Assembly: GCF_024521635.1 (NCBI RefSeq)
Contig: NW_026250411.1
Span: 682,001 to 746,000 of the forward strand
DNA: 64,000 bases
Direction: 5' to 3'
Origin: Tricharina praecox
Taxonomy: Eukaryota
The notes under the pieces are model-generated. The model saw only the letters and a list, made by a program, of their open reading frames with translations. It made no database searches and was not told where the DNA came from. A program made the translations under genes and the position numbers. Positions 56,658-64,000 of this stretch are shown in pieces (within the stretch, counting starts at the first letter, position 1; the number at the start of each line of letters is the position of its first letter).

Positions 56658-58081
56658 TATCTGTCTCGTTCACACTTTCTCTGCGTGTGTTTGTTGTCAA
56701 TCCTTTCCTCACGAGGGTACGGTAGTTGAGCGAAAAATACGAATGAAAAAGGCTTGCTTTTTAACTGGTCGAGCAAAGAGACAGTAAACAGCACTTCTTC
56801 ACCAGCGCGGGGTGCACACTGCAGTGACGTGCATGGATTGAGTTTTGTCACTTGTGGCATCGGGGAAGTTGCCTTTCCTTCCTTGCTTGGTCGTACAGGT
56901 TCAAAGCTGGTATTTGGTGGCGCTATAACTAGCGGGAGGTGCCGCGGCTCGCGCTGTCCTGCGTCACTGGATCGATGAGAAGAATGAGAAGGACCAAGGC
57001 TTGATGCTCGGGCTTAGAGGTCAACGGCTCTTAGATCGTCGGAATTACTCAGTTTAGCGGGGCGGCTGGGATGGAGAGCTTTCGACCGGGAGAATGCCAG
57101 TCTTCCGCTCGCTGGACGCTGGTAGCAAGGCTCCGCGGATTGTCCTGACGCCCTGATGTCACTCCCGCCACCCAGAAGTTTCAAAAAGCTCTAGTACGAG
57201 CGTGTACAAACAATCGAAGGGACAGGAATGGGGGTTGTAAACTGCATCATCGGTAGCCGGCGGTTTGGTTGGGGTCAGCGACGGGATGAGGACTTCCCTC
57301 TGCCGGGATCAGACGGACTGCCGGGATCAGACGGACGGACGGGAGAGATCTCGATTGTGGGCGGACTTCAGTGCGCGTAGGTACACTCCACCAGGTACTT
57401 TACACGTACTCCATAGACGCCATAGACGCCACCGGAGTGATAGCTCATGATCGCATGCAACCGGACCCACCAGCACTTTACTTGCAGTCAGGCCCCAGCC
57501 AGTCCCCCAGTAACCCCCCGCGATCCACTATATCATTCTCCTCCATATCTTCCTAGAACGGATTGCAGTGCGTCACATAGGAAAGAAACAATCCGGCAGA
57601 AACTCACCGAATGTTCTAATTCTGTAGCCGGGTAATTACAGTGCGACATCGAGCAAGGCACGCGCTCCCTCGGCGGTCAGCAGGGCTCGCTGTCCTCTGC
57701 CTCCAACTTCACAGGGAAAAGAACGCAAGACACAAAAGTCATCCTCCGATCCATCCACTCGTTGTTTCCCACCAAACATCCCCTCCCTCCATGCCTGCCA
57801 TAGCGTCAAAATAAACAATATACTCTGTCTGCTATACTTCTCTACCGAAAAGCAGGAAAAAAGCTACACGTGCAAGCTCCGTCCGTGATTTAAGGTGAAG
57901 GTGTCAACACGTTGCCGCCAGCTTGCTTGCAGATGATCATAATCCTTCGTTCCCGGGTTTCCATCTGAACGACGACGACCGACAACGACACCACAAGATA
58001 CCTAGCATATCCACCCGCTGCTCGTTCCAGCCCCGCATTGATCCCCACAATCGCGTCTACCTGCCGGGCATACTGGCCGCC

Positions 58082-60335
58082 ATGCCCATCGCCGCCACGA
58101 CCGTAGCTACGCAGATGGCCACCTTGGCTACACAAGGAGCCTACGCACTGCTGAGTACGGGCGCCCCTCCCCCTCTATCTGCACGTGCGCAGCTCTCTAA
58201 TGGGGGTTGAAAGCTAACAGACCGCAGAACGAGAAGCCGAAGAACCGGATACGGATGGTACGCCCTCCTCCTCCCCCGTCTGCCCGCCGTACCACCTCCG
58301 CGACTGACGAGCCGAAACTACCCTACAGAACCGAAAGATGTCGAGCAGTCGGAGATGCTCGCGTCGTGGGCGCTGTTCATCCAGGTGTCGCTGGTGCTGT
58401 TGGCGCTGTTTTTCAGCTACTATCTGCAGCTTAAGAAGATTCAGGCGGTGCATGAGACTGTTGTTTCGATCTTTGCGGGTATGCGATACATGTGTGTAGG
58501 TTGAGGGGAAGGGTCGCTGACAGGCGGTAGGAATGTTTGTCGGCTTGATTATTCGGGTTACTCCTGGAGAGTATCTGCAGAGTCTCGTCAAGTTCGACTA
58601 CCAGATCTTCTTCAACGTTTTGCTGCCGCCTATCATTCTGAACTCGGGATATGAATTGCACCAGGTGCGTTGTATCTGTGCGCGCTGAAGGTGGAGGAAC
58701 GGGGGAGTGAAGTGGTTGCTGACGGCGACGGTGCGCAGGCAAACTTCTTTCGGAATATAGGCTCGATATTGACGTTCGCTTTCGCCGGGACGTTTATCTC
58801 GGCGTGGACACTCGGAATCATCATCTACATCTGGTCGCTGACGCCGTTTGAAGCGCTCAACATCACCTTTGTCGAGGCGATAAGCGTGGGTGCAACCCTT
58901 TCGGCCACGGATCCGGTCACAATTCTGGCGATCTTCAACGCGTATAAGGTCGATCCGAAGCTGTATACTGTCATCTTTGGAGAGAGCATTCTGAACGATG
59001 CGGTGGCTATCGTCATGTTCGAGACGGCCCGACACTTCCATGGTGCGGAACAGGCTACCATAGGGAGTCTGTTTAAGGCCATTGGTGTCTTCTTCGTGGT
59101 GTTCACTGTCAGTTTGCTGATTGGCGTGCTCGTCGGCATTGGAACGGCGCTGTTGTTGAAACATACATACATGCGGCGCTTCCCGGGGATTGAGAGTTGT
59201 TTCATCCTGTTGGTTGCATACGCATCGTACTTGTTCTCCAACGGCTGCAGCATGTCTGGTATGCATATATCACATCCTCTATCATACAGCCCAGCTGACA
59301 TCCCTAGGAATTGTCTCTCTACTGTTCTGCGGCATCACGCTGAAGCACTACGCCTACTACAACATGTCACGGCGCACACAGCTGACGACGAAATACCTGT
59401 TCCAAGTGCTTGCGCAGCTCTCTGAGAACTTCATCTTCATCTACCTAGGGCTCTCCCTCTTCACCGAAACGAAACTCGTCTTCCGACCCGTCCTGATCCT
59501 TGTAGTCACCATCGGAATCTGTGTCGCCCGTTGGGCTGCCGTCTTCCCACTATCAAAGCTCATCAACCTCGTAATCCGCAAACGCGCACAAGCGCGCGGA
59601 AAGCCCGGCGCCGAGGAGCTCCCCCACAGTTACCAAGCTATGCTCTTCTGGGCCGGACTCCGCGGGGCAGTTGGTGTCGCGCTCGCAGCCGGCTTCACAG
59701 GCGATAACGGCAACTCCCTGCGCGCCACGGTCCTGGTCGTGGTCGTCCTCACCGTTATCGTCTTCGGCGGGACAACCGCACGCATGCTTGAGATTCTTGG
59801 GATCAGAACCGGCTGCGTTGAGGAACCAGATTCCGACGACGAGTTCGACATCGAGTCCACTGGGCGCTTCTACAAGTCCAACCCGAACGGCTTCGACGGC
59901 TTTGGCAACACCCCCGCCGTTGCGCTTGGCGACGTGGGAGCGGGCGGGTACGCTTCCGGTCAGCAGCGGCCGTCGCCCTCGGGCCGCACCCCGTCGGAAC
60001 GACGCGCGAACGTCAACACCGACTTCCTGGCCGAGGAATCGGACGCCGAAAGCGACGCGAGCGATCTTCCGCCGCCTGCGGCGGCGAGGAGAAATACCCT
60101 CTTGGCCTCCACCCCGCCAGTGCTCGAGGACATCGGCAGCGGAAGCAGCAGCAGCAATACTCCCCAGCCACAGGGCGCGCTCAGTCAACTCAGCGGGATA
60201 TTCTCCGGCACGAGCGATGATCAGGCCGAGTGGTTCCGGAAGCTCGACGAGGGGTTTATCAAGCCGAAGCTACTGCTGGATCAAGGCGGGCGTGCAGGGG
60301 GTGGGGGGAGTGGGAGTGGCGGAAATGGGCTATGA
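58082..60335 (+). CDS. NHX1: Endosomal Na+(K+)/H+ antiporter, multi-exon
   Basis: FFNVLLPPIILNSGYEL, LSATDPVTILAIF, IFGESILNDAVAIV, LSENFIFIYLGL, WAGLRGAVGVALA. Confidence 0.96.
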
Positions 60336-60370
60336 GAAGGAGGGAAACGGAGGATTGTACTTTAGGTATG

Positions 60371-60703
60371 CTAGGTTTCTGGGTTTTCGAGGGATAGACG
60401 ATGCATGAATGTTTTTTTTGTTTCATTATTCGCAACCAGACGATGGCGAAGCGCACTTGTCCCGGTACCTATCCTGTCTAGAGTAATCCAGATAGCTGAC
60501 CTTACCTCCCCCATCATCCGCTTGAGCACCGCAACGGTGTACCTAGATCGCACCAAGGAAGGGAAGGTACACGATAGTGAAAAACTGCATGAAATCCACC
60601 TGTCCCGTCCCTTCTCGTCCGCCAACCTCTCCGCCGCCTCTACCGCCCCTTTGTCCAGCTGGTCCAGGAACTCGCCAATGTCCCTACCCAGCTCCAGGTC
60701 CAT
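60371..60703 (-). other. Possible small coding remnant or hypothetical gene
   Basis: Helical-looking MDLELGRDIGEFLDQLDKGAVEAAERLADEK, a plausible 57-nt intron, then YTVAVLKRMMGEVRSAIW; no recognised family. Confidence 0.25.
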
Positions 60704-61762
60704 GTTCCGCAAATTAGGCACTCGGCCTCGTCCTGTTGCGCCGTTTGGGTCTGTCGTCCTCATGCATCCGCTCAACCTCTTGCCGCAGTGTCCCTTCGCT
60801 CCCCCCACCAGGCACTGCGGTAAATTGCTCTCGGATCCTGCATGATGATGATACTTCAAGGAGGGGTGACAGTCTGTGGTTGCCATTGCCGCCACCATAT
60901 ACTTTACACACAACAACTGTGCATGATCCCCGACGCCTATCACAGTCAATCGCCACGATACCTACATCATGGATCAGACAACCAGGCCTCCTGTTTCCAT
61001 ACGCTCATCACCGCACCCAGTCCCACGTAACGCGACGCAAATACCTCTCCCTAACGCCGATTCCTGCCACGTCTTCACAGTTCCGAGTTCCCGGTGTTTC
61101 CTACCACATACCGCGCCCCACCATGGTCCATGACAAGCTACAGCCTACAGGCTACATCCAGCGCCCAATCTCACACCAATCACCGCGCACCGCGCCCCCA
61201 CCGCGCCCCCAGCACAGCACAGCCAGCACAGCCCACTCGCAGTCTCGCACATGACCACGCGAGCGTCTCGCGTTCGCCGAGAAGCTCGAAGCTTATCCCA
61301 CTTACAAGTTCCCACTTCCACTTCCCACTGCCCACTTCCCACTGCCCACTGCCCACTGCCCACTTATCACTTTCCGCAAGTGGATGGGTGGTTGCAATTT
61401 CCAGGATCGCGATGACTCTTACAGTCCCCCCATCTGTGACTCACGACCAAGCAATCTAACCCTTGCAGCAAGGAACGAAACACCATAGCCCTCAATGCCT
61501 GCCTGCCTGCCTGACGAATTTTTTGCGCGACGCGACAGGACACGACGCGACGCGGGGGCCGGCCGACACGGACGCGGACGCGAGCGCGACGAGGGACGGA
61601 GTCAATCAATCGAGAATCCAATATACGCATGGAGAGTGGGGATGTATATAAGACGGCGTGTTCGCCAGCTGGGTGGCGGTGTTCGGAATCACCAGTCCAG
61701 CAGAAACAATCTCGAGATATCTATCTACTATATCTACAGTATACTAAAGCCAATCACGAAAA

Positions 61763-63369
61763 ATGGCTCGCACCACTCGCAGCAGCACGCGCAGCGCCAA
61801 GCCCGCCCGCTCCGCGCAAGCACAAGCACAAGCACAAACGAAGCCTTCGGCGGTGGAATACCAGGCCCTGGCGCTCCTCGACGAGACGCGGGAGGACCTC
61901 GGGTCTAGTATCGACGATGACTCCGGCGACGATAAGGACTTGCCCTTGGCTATTGTAATTACCCTTCTCATTCTTCTTCTCCTGCCAGACAGACAAGACA
62001 TTGAGATTGGGACTGAAACTGACATCCACAGAACGGCATCGCCCCGAGAACGGCGCTGAAGCCCGGCGCAACGCACCAGCGTGGCGCATACACTATCGAG
62101 AACCGCGGCGGCAGGTATACATGCAGCTGCGCGGGCTTTGGATGGGGGCGCTTGGTGGCCGGCGCGAAGGCGACGACGTGTGCGCACCTGGTACTGCTGC
62201 TGGGCGGGAAGTATGAAGAGGCGCGGGCGAGGGCGGGGCTGGGTGAGGGTGTGCATGAGGATGAGGATGAGGAGATGGAGGATGCGGATGCGGAGGAGGA
62301 GGAGGAGGAGGAGGAGGAGGAGGAGGAGGAGGAGGAGGAGGAAGAGGTTGTTGCGCCGAAGAGGAAGGCGAAGGCCACGGCTGCGGCTGCGGCTACGCAA
62401 AAGAAGCGGAAGGCCCCCCCGGTCGTGGACGACGACGAAGAGGACGACGAGGAAGATGCCGCCCCCGCCGCTGCAACTCCCGCCGCCGCCTCACCCTCAC
62501 CCGCCAAACGAGCGCGAGTCGCCCGCGCCCCCGCCGCCAAGCCCGCCGCCAACGGCGTGTTCAAGCCGCTCCTGGCGCACAAGTGGGATCTCGACACGGG
62601 GATCGATCCGGCGGGCTGGCTGATGTCGGAGAAGCTCGACGGGGTGCGAGCGATTTGGCACGGCGACAAGGGAGTGTTCCTCAGCCGCGAAGGCAACCCG
62701 TTCTACGCGCCCCCGTGGTTCACGAAGCGGTTTCCGCGGGGGAACATCAAGCTCGACGGCGAGCTGTTCACGGTCCGCGGCGGGTTCCAGGACTGCGTCA
62801 GTATTGTCCGCGCGCACAACCGTCCGGACCGCTGGAAGTTCTCCGTCAGCTACCAGGTCTTCGATGTCCCCACCATGGCGGACCAGCCGTTCGAGGAGCG
62901 CCTGAAGTGGCTTAAGAGAAGGTTTGATGGCGGCAAGGATGCGATCCGCTGGGTCCATGTGCTGCAGCACGAGACGTGCAAGAGCAAGAAGCACCTAATC
63001 GACCGGCTCGACGAGGTGTGCGCGAACAAGGGCGAGGGCATGATGCTGCGGCAGGCCGGCAGTCTGTATATCCAGGGCCGCTCGCGGAGTCTGCTCAAAG
63101 TCAAGCGGTTCCTGGACGCCGATGCGATTGTGAGAGCGCATGAGGGCGGCTCGGGGAAGAATGTTGGCGTGTGTGGCGCCCTGAGGGTCGAGATGCTCGA
63201 TGACAAGGGGGATCCCACGGGAAAGCTGTTTAAGGTCGGCAGTGGATTCACCGATGCGCAGAGGAAGGTGCCGCCGAAGATCGGTGCCACTATCATCTAT
63301 CGCTACCAGGAGTTGAGCAACAGTGGCACGCCGAGGTTCCCGACGTTTGTGGGCGAGAGGGCGGATTAG
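61763..63369 (+). CDS. Minimal ATP-dependent DNA ligase (LigE/PRK09125-like) with N-terminal SWIM-type zinc finger; 2 exons (intron 61955-62031)
   Basis: Motifs I SEKLDGVRA, III LDGELF, IIIa VFDVP, IV EGMMLR, V LLKVK; OB domain FKVGSGFTD..R..PP.IG..I.YRYQELS..G.PRFPTF; upstream YTCSC-x16-CAHL. Confidence 0.92.
62293..62342 (+). repeat. (GAG)n coding repeat (poly-Glu in the ligase linker)
   Basis: About 16 consecutive GAG codons. Confidence 0.95.
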
Positions 63370-63570
63370 GTTATTTTGTGCTTGCTTGCTTGATTATGAC
63401 TTTATATTCTGCTTCTGCTTCTTCTTCTCATTTTGGATGGAATAGGGTCTTCTGGATGTTGTATTAGTATTGCACCTGCTTGCTTGTCATGATGATTGAA
63501 CAAATGAAGAAAGATATCACACATCAAGTCATACATCAATTCCCACCATGATATGTACCGTTCGTTCGTT

Positions 63571-64000
63571 TTACTCAGCAATAGGCGTAGCCTCGACAAC
63601 CCTTCTAATCCCCTCCTTAAACGCCTTCAGCGCGGCCTCTTCCTGCACTTTGATCTCGCGCTCAAACGCCGCCATGCGTTCCTTGGACTTGCGCAAGATC
63701 TGTTCGCGCGGTGCCGCAGCTTGCTGTTCCACCCACCCAGTCATTATTTGTCTGTTGCGATTTTCCCAGGATGGGAGAGAGATATACGGTGTGCATTCTC
63801 GACCGCAGTCTCAACTTCCTCACTTCCGCCAGCGACGTGCGATCACCATCACCACCCTCTTCCCCTTGTGCAGTAGCCGCAACGGCTTCACGTCGGCGGA
63901 ACTCACGGATCGTGCCGTCGACGTCGACGCCGATCTCTCTCGAGCGCGTGGAATGAGTGAACAGGGAGTTCTCTTCCAGCAGTTCATCGTGCGCATCCAC
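63571..64000 (-). CDS. 3' end of a hypothetical coiled-coil protein continuing beyond the window
   Basis: Final exon reads IMTGWVEQQAAAPREQILRKSKERMAAFEREIKVQEEAALKAFKEGIRRVVEATPIAE*; upstream exon structure unresolved. Confidence 0.45.

Overview
Eukaryotic nuclear DNA from a filamentous ascomycete. Introns are ~50-70 nt GT..AG with CTRAC branch sites, and there is a dispersed 5S gene; a Pezizomycotina, possibly Pezizomycetes, origin is my inference. Layout: 1-9.3 kb has no convincing gene and is rich in microsatellites and micro-duplications. 9.4-31.6 kb is a dense housekeeping block (HTS1, NTM1, APE4, VPS52, RPL30, GWT1, ISC1, VMA10, CEF1, SEN15, ARC18, SEC11, a GDPD/PGC1-like gene). 32.9-34.1 kb holds two hAT-type transposon relics. 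Next come a membrane/GPI-type GH26 glycoside hydrolase, a methylcitrate synthase and a cellulose-synthase-like GT2. A second gene-poor stretch follows, with TE relics, a 5S rRNA gene and a 19-bp minisatellite. The window ends with an MBD4-like glycosylase, NHX1, a minimal ATP-dependent DNA ligase and a partial gene. Most interesting: (1) two back-to-back kink-turns in RPL30 intron 3 beside the branch point, a likely autoregulatory splicing switch; (2) a SWIM-finger plus bacterial LigE/PRK09125-type ligase with NLS-like motifs; (3) a GT2 synthase close to a GH26 hydrolase, a possible glycan synthase/hydrolase module. Exon boundaries were read by eye and family assignments come from motif recognition, not database searches.
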